Source of the DNA: Paraspadella gotoi
Taxonomy: Eukaryota > Animalia > Chaetognatha
Reading direction: 5' to 3'
Assembly (NCBI GenBank): GCA_051294375.1
Contig: CM119269.1
Location: forward strand, 4,559,098 to 4,623,097
DNA length: 64,000 nucleotides
Made by a program: the position numbers and the translations under genes. How positions within the stretch are numbered: the stretch's first letter is position 1; every line of letters begins with the position of its first letter. A model generated the notes under the pieces. It worked only from the letters and a program-made list of their open reading frames with translations. It did no database searches and was not told the DNA's origin. Of the stretch, positions 15,401-33,000 are shown one piece after another.

Positions 15401-18400
15401 GAACATATGTATATAAACGATGACCAGCTTAAAAATCATCCCCATGCGGTTCAACTCGCGATAGCTTTATCTTGAGAGAAAGGACTTAACCCAATTGCTA
15501 ACCAACCCGTTCATATCCGCCCCCATGAGCCTAAATGATGTCTGCTTATTGCTTACCTGTAATCGTATGTCTGCCCGTAGGCTGCGGCAGCGTAAGCGTT
15601 GGGATCCTGATATCCGGCGTAGGGATTTGGCGCTGGCGCTCCAGGCGCGGGCACCTGGGTAAGTGGAGGCGGCTGCTGCTGTTGTTGCAGCGGTGCGGGC
15701 TGCTGACCGTATTGAAGAGCTCCGTAACCAAGACCCCCGCGTGGGGCGCCTCGAGGAGGCGCGCCTCTTCCGCCCCCAAAGCTTCCGCGACCTCCGCGGT
15801 CGCCGCCTCTGCCCGACCTATCGAAGCCTCCTCGACCGCCTATAAGAAGTCAAGGCGGTGAACAGACTAACGTCATATTTGAAAATGTAATTACCGTACG
15901 TAATTTATAACTCCAATTGAAAGTGTATCTTCGACTGCTTTAGAATGAGACACGTATTGACTCAACCTATGATCTAGCGAAGAGAGATAATCTGGCATGC
16001 CGTCTCTTGGAAGCGGTCGAAAGATCGAACCGATTCCTATTTCGTTGAGACGATTGCGCAATTACAGATATTGGAGAGAATTTGAGACCTACCCCGGTCA
16101 CCTCCTCGGCCCCCGCGGTACCCGCCCCTGTCCCCTCCGTTGACGTAACCGCCGCCACGTCCCATTCCACGACCGCCACGATCTCCTCCGCGACCCCCGC
16201 GACCTCTATCGCCTAAAAAAAACAAACTTACAGATGCGAGAACAGTATTTTGGATAAAATACATGTATTTAATTTTCCTAAAAAAATCAAAATAAGTAAA
16301 ACGAGAATATTTAAAAATTCTGGAAAAAATAATAATTATCATCCTCGGCATCGAACACAGACGCAGGTCCACACTACACAGCAAATCGTAAGAAAGTATT
16401 TCTAATGGTAAGCCTACCTTCGAAACCAGAAGAGTCTCTGTCGTCGTCTTGCTGACCTTCATCGGCAAACCAGAAAACAAATCGGTCACCACTCACGTAC
16501 GAAAGACAATGGTGTTCAAAATTTTTACTAGTTTTTTTTTGTAACTCAAATAATATGAACGACGACGAATACAACGAGTTCCTTACAGAACCATTAATTT
16601 CACCATTCTCCAGCCAACCTAAGACTTACCTTTAATAAACACTCAGCTAAACGTCCTTTTTATCTTTTATAATAAAATGAGTACCGACCTCTCATGCCGC
16701 CGCGTCCGCCGCCGAAATCGCCACGACCGCGGCCGCCGCCAAAGCCGCCACCGCGGCCGCCACGATCCATCCGTCCGCCGCGGTCCATCCCTCTCCCGCC
16801 TCGACCTTGAATGTTGGACGAATTAACGACAAATAAATAGCAACGAAGAAAACAAAAACAAAACAAAGGAGAAGTCTGACAAATGCGTAATTGCAAGCAT
16901 AAAAATATTTCATTTTCTCTCACCCGATCCTTGTTGAGGAACGCACTGCTTTACGTCGCAATCCTGACCTCCGAGCAAGTGCTTGGGATGCTTGCATATC
17001 TCTTTTACGACCTAAAGAAAGAAAGGTCACGTTTAAAGTTAAGAATGGATTCCCGGGCTTTTAACCCACGCTCACCGCGAGAGATTCGAACTTGATGAAG
17101 CAAAAGTTTTTGGGTCCGTTGGGTCCCTTGGGCCACTCGATCACTTCAATCGTTCCGTATCGACCAAAGTATTCCCGCATGTCCTGCTCCGAAAACCCTA
17201 GCAAGTGGACATTCTCAATGTCAAATTAAAGGGCAAAGGTAGTAACTTTAATTTGAAGATTCAGCTAAGTAGAAGGGAAACGCAAAACATTCTCGCTCAC
17301 CTTGAGGAATTCCGCCGATGAAGATCTTGAGATGCTCCGGGGGAGTTTCGATGCGTTTTGCATCGATCTTCTGTCCAGACGGCAGGGCGTGAGGGACTGC
17401 GGCTAAAACCTGAATGCAGCCAATGCGCGCGATGAAATAGCTGGCTCCGCGAGGGAGATCAACTCAAACCCCCCACCCCCCACCCCCCGAACCCCTAGAA
17501 ACTTACTCCCGCATTCTAAATTTACTCGATATTTTAATGTTATAATTTAATTTAAAAATTAGAAATGTGACCAACAGAACTAAAAATTGGCTGGGGGAAA
17601 TTCTACTCAGATTAACGTTTTTACTATTTTTTTTCTTTTCGTATAGGTGGTCATAAACGATATTTAAAATAAATTAATGCTAAATAGTAGTGAATATATT
17701 CTTATTTTCATTAATGGATTTTTTTACTCAATAATAGTTCTAACAATGAAGCAAATAAAAAATTCAAAGATCTTAGTTCGTATAGTCACATTTTTATTTT
17801 AAAAACAATGATGCTCATCTACTTAAAAATAATAAAGCTTTTGATGAAAATTGAAATAATCTTAATTGACCATTTATATAAAAGAAGTCAATTCTCAGCG
17901 CTATGAAAACCAAAGCGCAAAAATTAAAATTTCTTTCTGCCCTAAAAATATACACACCATGAAAAGTAAGTGTGTAAAAAATTACGCAAAAAGAAAAAAG
18001 AACTAAAACCTGCAACACGTATTTCTGATTTTCAAACAGATTGGTAATTAGACACAATAACAAACAAGTATAAAAATTTATTTTGTCTTTGCTAGTTTTT
18101 AAACTTTTTTGCAATTAATATTATTAGATCATTCGGAGGTAATTTAAATAAACATCATCACTAAGAATAAAAAACAAAAAGTTAAAATATTGCCGAATGA
18201 ATGACTACAAAAATTCAATCTAAACCTAGGCTTAATGTGTGTATATGAACATTAATAAACTTAAATACGGTTACCAACTTAATTCGATAAAAAATTAATG
18301 AGCTTCAAAATATTTTAAACAATAGTAAACAAGCTTAATCTTGAAAACTACGCAAAAAACATGGAGAATCATATCTTAAATTCTAATAAACTTGCGAATG

Positions 18401-21350
18401 AAGAATAAAACAGTAAAATATTTCATTTTTTATTTCCATCATTCTAGACGATAAGAATATAAAACTTCATAATTGCGTCAAACAAAATGTTCTCTATAAT
18501 TGGCTTGATGTCTACGTTTATCCAGGAACCAGTTATATTTCATAAGAAATAACGATTCTGTGAGGTTGAATTTCATAAAATGTAGTCGATGTCCACACGA
18601 TCTGAATGAGCATTATGTTTCCCTATTTTCCTAAATCTCACATTACTGCAGCATTTCTTTGACACGTGTTCAAAATTAACGCAGATAAAAGGGCAGTTAT
18701 TTAGGCTTAAAAAAAATTATTTGATTGAAATTAAAGAGAAAGCAAAGATGTTATAATTAAAATAGCCATTTTTTTCTTATGTCTACTTATGGGTGACTAA
18801 AACCATGTAAAAAATCATATTAATAAACTAGGATTAAGAGAAATTTTAAAATCTTTAATGAAATAGATTGGCAAATATCACTATAAAGTTTTTTCAATAG
18901 CCAAAAAATAATCACCCCTTTAAATAAAGGCTCTAGGAGAAAAATATAAATGTTTACTTACTACTAATAATTAAGCTTGAAAGAAACCCTCATAAATTTA
19001 TCGTTCGGAAGAATGTAAAATAATTAATTTAAATTTTAAGTCAAGTGAATAAAAATAGTTAACAAGTGACCTGCTAAAAAAGAAATGACAGGATTTAAAG
19101 CAAGTAATGAGAAAAAACGCCATCATGCCTAAAAATACCAAGAGAAAATAGAAAAAGAAACATTTCGTTTTAAATAATCATTACCTAAGCAGTTAGCATG
19201 GTCACTCAAGAGCATTTTTATGTCCAGGACCCAAATAAAAATTTTTTATCAAATTTGGGTTTCAAGTATAACAATTTTAGATATAAGTTTATAGAAATTT
19301 AACTTTTAAGTACTTATAAACCAATAAATAATCTTTATTGCATAATGAATAAGAAAATATAATAATACCAAAAAAATAAATACCATTATTATAATTTCAG
19401 CCTATACTAAGAAATATTTCTTGAAAAAATTGTATCTGTATGATCAAATAAAAAAGAAAACTTCTAAATAGAGATGAATTAAATCTATGTAGTTAAGCGG
19501 GCTGCATCTGTTTCACAATGGGAAGCTAGAATTGAAAAATAAACTGCGTAATCGTCGCTTTTTTGTGGATCGAGAGAAAGTAAAAGTTGTCGAAACAAGC
19601 GGAGCAGCACCCAATACAAGAAATAAAATATATTTTACTTCGAGCAGATTCTACAAAGTATGTAGAATCAGGCTATTGGTAGTAAACTCCTGCTTAAAAT
19701 AAAAGAAATTTACTTTAAAAGCTGCGCTTAATGCAGCAAGTTCCTGTCCTTATGAGATGAGCTACGGAAAATTACATTAGGGCCGCATCGATATAATAAA
19801 ATCTATAAAATGACTTTTCAAAGCGAACTGGACGAATAGGGTCTAGATTCCGAAACGGATGGCGGAATTCTAATGAACATCGGTTGACCCATTATCGATA
19901 AAGTATTCGGCAATTCTAGTGATGATGTTGTCGCAATAATTAAATGTGCACGAGTAAGCATTCCAAGCACCTTTAGATGAACTTTGATTCTTTGAATCTC
20001 GATGAATATACTTAAGTACTTTTTTCTTTGCATTGTAAAGTGAGCATCACGTATGTATATGTAAATTCTCTTGTAACAAAGAAATTAAATAGCCTATTTC
20101 AGTTAAGCAAGGATTTCACTCCAAATTGGTCATATAGTAAGAAATTCACTCGCTTAATCATGTATACGTTTGTTTTAAAACGAGTAGTAATAATCCGACC
20201 GATAGCTTAAAAAAATTTCGGGTCTACTTTCCCCGTTGGTCGCTTTTGTTTAGCAACATTAACAAAGACTCGGCACATCAACTTTTCTTACACTCGCGTG
20301 CAGCTCTCATTGCCATTTCGATCTGGAGGTCTCTAGATCCTCAATGGCGTTCTCAGGGTGATCAATATGCCCCTCTGTTGACGCGGGGCACATGACGCTA
20401 TGCAGGCCGAAGATTTTCCGAGCAGCTCATCAACCGGGTTAAGAAATCTGCAACGAAAATGTCACAAAGATCTCATTACTAAAACGCGAGAAGGAAGATA
20501 TACTTATAACTTGAAGAAAGGGGAGAGTCGAAGGAAGATTTTGGGGAGAATCGATTCAAATTTCTTACCTTCAAGATAAAAGATTAAACGATAAAATAAA
20601 AAGTCTCCGACAATCGGGTAAGCATGCTAAGCCTGATACCGCATGATGGGTGAATTTGATTATCCCGAGATGTTTTACTTAAATGAATGAATAAAAACCT
20701 ATCAGCAGTTATTTTAAGAGTCCTCCAATAAACTTGACCTCATCTTTCTATGTCGATTAGGTTAACTGCGCTAGCTAACGAAACCTATCAAACTATCCCT
20801 TGTCAAAATATATTACGCGACAAAAATTAATTTAATTTTCCAACCTTGAACTTATTTTCTCGAAAATGGAAGTTGCAAAAAAAACTATTAATGTTCAAAA
20901 CCTTATTCTAAGTATAGATTTAATAACCTCAACAATAAACCCTAGGTGCTTTAAAGCGAAACCGTAATCTGATTTATTTCTTATTTCTACGCTCAGCTAT
21001 TATTACGCCCAGTTCTTCAGGTATAACCTAATAACCCCACAAAGAATCGAACGATTCCGTACCACCCAGACCACCAAAACCACCACCATTATCATAACTA
21101 TCACCCGCCACACCAACCGCTATTTCCCGTGCCCACAGCACTTTGTCAGAAAACGAAAAAAACTCACGGAATCGACCGAAGCCAAATCTTCAAAGATGAC
21201 GAAGCCGAAGCCGCGCGGCCGTTGCGTCTGCGGGTCCATCTTGACGTGGACAGACTTGACGGCGCCGAACTGCGCGAAGTACGAGTTCAACTCCTGCTCC
21301 GTCGTCTCCCCGATTCCGCCCACAAAGATCTTGGCTCCTTCGTCACCCAT
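12450..21350 (-). CDS. hnRNP A/B/D-class RNA-binding protein (2 RRM, RGG, Y/Q/A-rich tail; squid/Hrb27C/DAZAP1-like)
   Basis: RRM1 KIFVGG...RPRGFGFVIF (21167-21350), RRM2 KIFIGGIPQ...KTFCFIKF (17095-17410), RGG exons (15558-16806), and last exon YHQQPAVSAYQPYDQSAYAGYPAYQ* with stop at 12450-12452. Probable 5'UTR exon upstream of the donor near 21786. Confidence 0.88.
12574..12777. mobile_element. MITE with TA target-site duplication (Tc1/mariner-like), intronic
   Basis: TA-CAGAAGGCTTCATATTAT ... ATAATATGAAGCCTTCTG-TA: a perfect 18-bp terminal inverted repeat with an imperfect inward extension. Confidence 0.8.
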
Positions 21351-22426
21351 CTGAAGAGGGCGGGGAAGGGAGTGTTTAAAAAATCATTGCCATCTCCGTA
21401 AAATTTGACTTTCGCCGACAGGGGTTTTCGCTTCTTTCAAAAAAATATTTAAAAACAAATATTTTTTTTAAAAATTATTATCTAATTATCCTAACCCTAA
21501 ACCTCCCCTAACCCTAGTCGGCCCAATTAAAATCATGCCAATATCTCATTGCGACGCTATATCGTGGAATAACACCGATTTAATTTATTAGTTATTTATA
21601 CTATTTAGTACGTACTTCAAAAGAAACTTGAAACGCGATACTTTAATACTTTAAGAAACGGCGTAATGAATTTGGAAATAGAATCGAGCTTTTATAACTA
21701 CGCAAAATTGAGGTGGTAATATTGAAATTATTCTCAGTAATGAAGAGAGAAGAACCGAAACTGATAACAAAGAAATGGAACTCACCGTTGAAGGTCGTAA
21801 ATAAATGTGTCGTTTTATGCTCAAAACGAATTTTGATCTAAATGGGTTGGACGAATAGCGGGTGAGGTGTCGAAAGTAATAAAACTAAGGCGCAGTTATG
21901 ATCCGTAAGGATTAGAAACGTTTCTGCGTCGTTGCAAATGTCGGTCGAAGATTGAGAAGCGAAGATGAGCCAGGCCTGGCGACTAGCGAGCGGCGTGGAG
22001 GGAACAACAGCAGACGAGAGAGGGAGCGAAGAGCGGAGAGAAAAGGAGCCGACGACGACGACGACGACGACCGAAGGAGTCCAAAAGGTCGACAAAAGAC
22101 GGAGCCACTTGGAAAACGGAAGGAGATTACACTACTTAATAAAACTTAACTAATCTGTAATCAAAGCAATTTATATTTACTTAAAAATTAAAAACAGTTA
22201 ATCCAAGGAATTCAAAATTTTGGATTTTAAAAATTAAAGAAAAATCGAGAGCTAAATCAAATATATAATATAGGTCAAATTTGTCCGCAGCACCATCCAA
22301 TCAGTAAAACACGGTTTTTCGTTTAAAGAAACAGTCACTAACTAGGTCAGTATTGCGCAATTAACAAGGATTATAGTTTTTTCTTCTTTTTTTTTCAAAC
22401 TGAACTGAACCGAATCTGCATTTCTA

Positions 22427-24178
22427 TCACCAGCCTTCGCCGCAGATTTGGTCCCAATCTGGCCACAACTCGGCCTTGACCCGCTCCGCGTAGTGAATCA
22501 AATTGGGACAATTTTTTTCGATATAAGGTTTAAAGGGATGCCGTAACGGGATGTAGAGGATTTGGCAGAGATGACCGAAAGCGGCGCAATCGGCCGTCTT
22601 TAATTCGTCCCCGCACAGATAACGTTTAGAACCTAAGGAGATGGAAGAGAAACAGTATGTAGAGGGGGAGCAACGCCACGCAACTCTCGATTACCAAATT
22701 CTAACCCAGAAAGTCAGAGAGCGCCTGAAGGTCGGTCATCCCCAGCTGGTATATCTGATCCGTAGTCAGCCTGCCGTGTCCCACGGTCCACGCCTTTTTC
22801 TTCGTCCCGCGCGGCATCGCCCAGTTCATAAAAAACTTCACATAATCTGGAGAAAAAACAAGTTCGAGCAAACAATGTCGGATCTGCCCTCGATTAATTA
22901 ATAAATTAATTAGTTATTTTATAAATTTAACTGAATTAATTAACAAAACTTGATTTCCAGCTTAATCACACACTTTCCTACTCACATTCAAAATTTTAAG
23001 TCAATCACCCCATCCACAAAACAAAAAACAAAACAAACAAACACCCACACACAAAATCTTATTCCAATCCATCCAATCACGAGTAACTGGTGTTTTTTGC
23101 TAAGGTGGGATGGACGGACGGACATTTTTTTTTTACATAATTTATCATAATTCGATGTTCTGACATGATATAAGTAAATGCCCGACAAGATTGAGGGGGC
23201 GGACCGACAAAGTGAATTATAGAGTCGTGATCTGCTGATAAGCAAATCAGACTAAAAAGTCGAGGGGTTGAAAGGAACATCGTGGTCTATAAGCGCCGCT
23301 AAATGACTTACTGGGCAGAGGAAAATTCCAAAATTGAGAAAATTCATCCCAATGTTCGTAGTAACGATACCAAAAATAAGAGTAAACCGTGTGTTGATCC
23401 AACATTCGCATTAGCGCGTGGGCACCTCCTTTGGTCTCCTGAAGATGATTAGTACATTTTTTTATTATCAAATTACGACGACATAGTACATGTACCTCGC
23501 TTTCAAATTGTTCCGCCTGAAGGTGAAAATGTTTTTCTAAAGTCGGTATGATGACGTTGGTGTCATATATCTCTTTTCCATTTAGCTCGACAAAAGGTGA
23601 CTGAAAATATTTAAAAAATGAATAGTACTTGTATATTTTTTTTTTCTGAGGTAGGGTTTACCTGACGTCCCCCTTTGGAAAAGTAATTTCCTTTGGCACC
23701 TTGATAGGCAATTTTCTTTAGCCTTAACCAAGACTCTAGCTAAATGAGATTTAATAATGATCAACTAAAGTTATAACACGTAATTTGAGTTAGACAAGTG
23801 TGAGTACCTTTAACGCAAATGGAGAAATGCTAGCAACACATTTAAACCTGTAAAACTGATACAAATATACCACATCTTCCTCCCAATTCGCTGAGAGAAT
23901 AGATTTTTCTAAAAAAATTAAAAATTAATTAATTTGCTTGATGCTTTAAAAAATTCATTTATTTGCAGAACTCACCTTTCCGTTTACCTAATAACTGTAA
24001 CGATGCATATATGCAAATAAAAATCGAAGAAGTTAGGTATAACACAAGTAAATCGGCTCGTGGCGTTTGTAACTACTTATAGAAGATCATAACTTTTTTA
24101 AAAAAAATAATTTGGGTATACCAGATAGAAGAATCCAAGAGCACCGATGGATCCCAAAGCAATATATGCCTTTTCCAT
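22427..24178 (-). CDS. Failed axon connections (FAX)/metaxin-like GST-fold protein
   Basis: N-terminal TM-like MEKAYIALGSIGALGFFYL, WEEDVVYLYQF...ISPFALK/LESWLRL, PFVELNG, DLQALSDFL/GSKRYLCGD...ADCAAFGHLCQ...ERVKAELWPDWDQIC; stop at 22427-22429. Confidence 0.85.
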
Positions 24179-25115
24179 TTTAAAAATTTTAAATTTAGGT
24201 AGTCTACCAAAGATTCAGCCAAGAAAGAAGCTTATAAGTTGATTACGATCTTATGCTTTAAAAATTTAGTTTTATCTCATTCAGCCACTATCTCTCTCTT
24301 ATCATGAAATCTAGAAATTAATATTTTGTACCGAGTATTCCTAAACTTCTTAAGAATAAGTGCGCTAAAAATTTTAAAAAGGAAATTTTTTAAAATTTTC
24401 TATACTAGAAGTCTTGAGTTCAACAGAAGTCGCTCGCCTAAATTCACCTGCAAATCGCAAGAAAGATGAATTATTGAAAAAGATTTGGAATTATTTTTAA
24501 GATTTTTTTTGCCGAGGCATCAGAATTAACCTTGAACCTAACTAAATAAATTTTTCCTTATTTCATGTTCTGGTAACTTGCCACGATAAATAAATATGAA
24601 CTTTTAGTTTTGGCTATTCATTTATTAAGGTAACAAAAGACAATTATTAAAAGATTTTTTTCTAAAAAATTGTAAAAATTGAGAAAAAAAAAGCATATTT
24701 ATGAGCATTTTCAACAAACTAGCGAGGTTTCACAGATCAATTTTAAAAATAATAATTAATTCCATTTTTTTAATTTAATATTTTAATTTAATATCAAGAT
24801 CACAATTTGTACTGGGTAAACGAACTAAAAATATTATCAAAGCGGTAAATTTTTGTTAGTAGTTTACAAGGCTAAAACCATTAACTAAGGGTAAATTTAA
24901 TTTAAAAGTAAGCATCATCAGTTGCCATGAGATTAAAATTATCTTTTGAAAAACAATGCATACACATAAAAAAAGACACAGCCATAGCTCATACTATTTA
25001 AGATAAATCTTAGAAAACAAGGTCAAAGAAAAAACTGAATATGTTCAAAAGATACAAATTTACGACGACAGTCTCTTGGTTTTAACCCCATAAACAAATT
25101 GGTTCAACAACTTCG

Positions 25116-27176
<2,061 letters not shown>

Positions 27177-27741
27177 GGTCGTTGCAATGGGGGGGACGAC
27201 CACGACTCTGCAGTCTTTTCACGAGACCGCCGAAGCTACTAAAGGGCGAGAAAATACCGTGTTTCATGACTCAAATTGTATTTCAGTGACAGAATAAATT
27301 TAAAAACAAATCGAAATTACAAATTGTTAATTGCTGTTAAACTAATGATCGTTTATAATAAATAAAAAATAGTTTATTAAACAAAATACGTAAAATATTG
27401 CGAACGTTAACATCTCGAAACATTATGAACCACGATATTTTAACGAATCTAGCAATTATCACTTAGGCACAAAATAAAAATGTCAATACACACAGAGACT
27501 AGAGAGTAGATAAATTATCTCGCTACGGCTCTTTTTGTAGGGCAATTTAAACTTGCCCAGTTTTGATGTAAAAAGAAAAATAACGGCACACAACACATTC
27601 GAAAATCATCATGGGAAAACTTTTTTTTTGTTTTGAAACGAGTGAGGACGCGATAAATAAACAAAATCCATTGTAAAAAAAACCAATTTCAAAATAAATG
27701 GAGCCCAGGACACGGAGTTCTAAACTTAAGTTTCTCCTTCA

Positions 27742-29178
<1,437 letters not shown>

Positions 29179-30014
29179 GATCGAGTGGGGAAAAATCCGC
29201 TACCTTCCTAAATCATCAATTTTCAAAGCTTATACGTAATAATTTATTCACCAGATTATGTATAAACTAAAAGCCGATTTTGGCTATTTAATGTAAAACG
29301 GCACGGTTAGGTAATGTAAAAGATGTACTAGATAGATTTAAATTTGATCTTGACGCGAATACTAATAAAAATTTACAAAAGACTAACTGGTAGGTAAATG
29401 CAAATTGCAGACACATTGGAAAAAAACCCGAAAACCATTGTGAAGAAAACCATTCTGAGTAATAGTGATTGTCCAATAACATATAAAGAAAAACTACTAC
29501 CTAGTTACAGGTACTAAACGATACCTGCCTAAAATATCTTTTAATAATTTGGACGGCACATATCCTAGAATAATTATAAAACTTCAAGCTTTTTGTAATA
29601 TGATGCTTGCATAAGTAAAGGATAAGCCAAAAGGCATATCATAAAGGTAAAATACTGCTTCTTTGGATGGATGTAAACAATGATTCTGGTAACAAATTGC
29701 TGGGGTAATCTCTTACTAGCAAAATTTCATCGCGTATAATTACATGTAAAAATAAATTTCTGGTTTTTTATTAACCGGAAGTAGTGACTTAATCGCACAA
29801 AAACGCTTTGATGCAAATATTGGTAATGTCTAATCAAACGAAAGCAATAAAACAATCTGGACCCGATCAAATGCGTAGTATTACCATACGACAGACAGAT
29901 GAGAAAAATTATACAATTGGCACAAAGCAGCGAAATCCCGCTACGTCACGAGTTGGTTAATATAAAAAGAATTTTCTTTGGTTTGTCCCTGAAATTTTTA
30001 AAATCGTTCCACCC

Positions 30015-33000
30015 TCATTCGTCAGGACAGGCAGGCAAGGTGCAATATCGCTTTTCTCTCGAGGCGGCGCACGGGAGTCCCCCGAGCCGCGGTTTGACGA
30101 TCCTTTTTCTATTTCTCTTCTGGACTCCGCCCTCGCCGCAAGTCTTTCCGCAGCCGCTCCAGGGGCCCCACTCGCCCATGACGCAGTCGACGCCGCAACC
30201 GGGGGTGTCGGCGTCGCTGCGGCACCTTTCTCTCTCCCTCAGCGCCTTCTTTCGAGGGCACTTGACGCCGCCTCGTTTGGGTTTCGAAAGGATGCCCCTT
30301 TGTCGAAAGCGTCGACCGGATTTGCCACAGGAGGCGCTGCACGGCGACCATTCGCTCCATTCCGAAACGACACAATCGACAGGAACTCGGGCCTTTCCGC
30401 GCTTTTGGTTTTTGGTGTCATCTTTAATATTTTCCTTTTCGTCTTCTATGTTCTGTTCCAATTCGTCATAGTCATGATCTTCTTCCTCTTCCCCCTCTTG
30501 AACCCTTCCGCTTTTCCACTCAGACTTCTCTTTCTCTCTCAGAGCCTCTTCATCGTCATCGTCTTCATCGTCATCTTCCCAATTTTCTCGAATGGGAATG
30601 TTCGGGTCTTCTGCTTGAACGACGGGGTCGTGGGGCACACCCTCATTGCGATTGTCGTCGAAGAAGAATTTATCTCTTGCTTTGTAGGTCTTCAATCGCT
30701 TCCCCGCCGCCGATTCGCCGATGAGAGGAAGTCGTGGTCCGATGACCGCTTCTATTTCCTCGTCGGTGTGACTGTCATCTTCGATGGGCGATTGCGCGGG
30801 CGCCATTTTCGTCAAAACTCCGCAAACATCGAGACATTCCCGTTCTGATTTAAATTTGTTGTCGTTGCCACCGCATCCGCCGTACACGAAGGGTACACAC
30901 ATTGCCTTGTTGGCGTCATAGGCGAATCGCGGCATGTTGGCGCGACATCTGCCGGTGACGGCAGGATGAAGGCATACGCGTTTGGCTCTAATAATGACAT
31001 CGTCTTCGATTTCTCCTGCCGTCGCTCCGTCGTCAGCATCGTCGTCGGCGCAGTCGATTCCGACGCAATCTTTTTTCTCCTCCAAAACACTCATGTCGCA
31101 TCCAGACTCGATGGCTTTTCTTTTATCCAGAAAAACCATCTCTCGGGTCATAATTCCGCGACCGCAAGCGGTCGAACATTTGGTCCACGGTCCGGTGGAA
31201 GTGGTTGCACAGGATTGTGGATTCTCAAGAAGGGGAGGAGTCTCAGCACCATCGCAATCGATTGCTAAGCATTCCTGAGAAGCAAATACAATGTTATGTT
31301 TAACAATGATCAATTATCAGACTTCGCAATGTTTCTAAAGACAAACAATGTGATTCAATATCTCGCCTGTTTCTCGACTAGAGAGTCCTGACACGAAGAC
31401 ACGTCCAACATTCCTTCCTTCGCAAATTTTCGGTTGCGCATTCTAAAACCTCGACCGCAGGTTACGCTGCAGTCGGACCAGTCGCTCCAGGGTGTCGTCA
31501 TGCATCTGGTAAAAAATTGACTTAACAATTAACATCTACTTTATAAACAATTGATCCTTTTTGTCACTAAATCTCTTTTGCCACTAAATCCTAACCTGAC
31601 TTCCGCCAAAGCGTCGCACTCTACTTCGCACACCCTCTTCTCCGCCATCGCCTGCTCGCAATTCGCCGCAACCGCGCGATCTTTGCGCGAAAATGTCCGC
31701 GTCCTCATTTGAACTCCTGATCCGCAAGAGACACTGAAAAAGGGAAGGAGACATTTCATTTCATAAGACCTTACTTCTCCATGTTACGGTTATGTTCATG
31801 GCTTCTCTCCTTCAGTATCGCTGCCTCCGTTCATCTTCGATTCACGAACTCATAGACTTTTTCACATTTGGTTTTATTACTTTTACGTTTACTTTATTAT
31901 GTGCCTTATTTATGGTTTGTGCCTCATTTTACTTTACAGTTTTAGTTCCATAACATTAACAAAAAAGATGCCCTCCATCTCCAGATTCTCCACTCACCCG
32001 CAAGGGCTCCACGAGCTCCATTCGTCCAGCGCGCACGGATCGTTGGGGTCGCACTCTCCCGCCGGCCCCATGCACATCTCGTTTTCCTTCAACTGCACGT
32101 CGCACATGGAGGCAGGCACATCGGGCATAAGCAACGCCCGTGTTCGCCCACGGAGCCCGTTGCCGCACGTGGATGAACAAGGCGACCAAGGATTCCATTC
32201 GCCGACGGCGCACTTGGGATGAGTAGCTTCGAGCTTTTCTCCGGAGGAGGCAGAGCCGGCTCCGAAGCTCTCTTCGGCCTCCTCCAAACCCCAGGCGTCA
32301 AAATCGTCCTCCTCGTTATCCTCTTCTTCGCCGAAACCGCCCCGGCCGCACTGGTTTCCCACCAACTTCTCTCGCTTGATGTAAATCTTGGCCACGGGAG
32401 GAACGGGACGGCCCGAAGGGTCGTAGAAAGGCTGCCTCGGATTGTCGGGATCGGTGGATGTGATTGGCCGAACGCGCTCGCGGGGAACGGTGGCGGCGTT
32501 CGCTGACATGTAGGTTATGCCAGAATCGGTGCCGGCGTCAATGGGACGCAAGTCGAAAGACATGCGGCGCCGCCAGGTGCAGTTGGCGCGACAAAGATTG
32601 AGAGAGTCGAGGCCAACGAACCAATCTTAACGAGGCATGATGAAAGGGGAAAGAGAAAAGAAAATTAATGTCAACTTAAAATCGGCCTCGATTTTCAATT
32701 AATTCCCTTACCTGGAGACGGTCCTAACATCGAAACGAAAGACATCAAGTGGTGACTCTGGTTGACGCTAAAATAGGCGGACGTCGATTCCTGGACTTTG
32801 GGATACCACAATCCCCGCGTTTTTATCACGGTTCGAATGTTATCGGAGTGTTGTTTTAATTCTTTCTCAAGGTTGAATGTGGATCCGTATTCGGCGACCC
32901 ATTTAAGACCCTCGGAAGCATAACCGCCCGATTCGTAAATTCTGAAATTTAACCAAAAATAAGAAATAAGTTCGTTAAGAATTTTTTTCGAAATTAATTA

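Noticed and set aside
21490-21516. Telomere-like CCCTAA repeats
   Set aside because: Only 2-3 degenerate units in an intron; not enough to call an interstitial telomere or breakage site.
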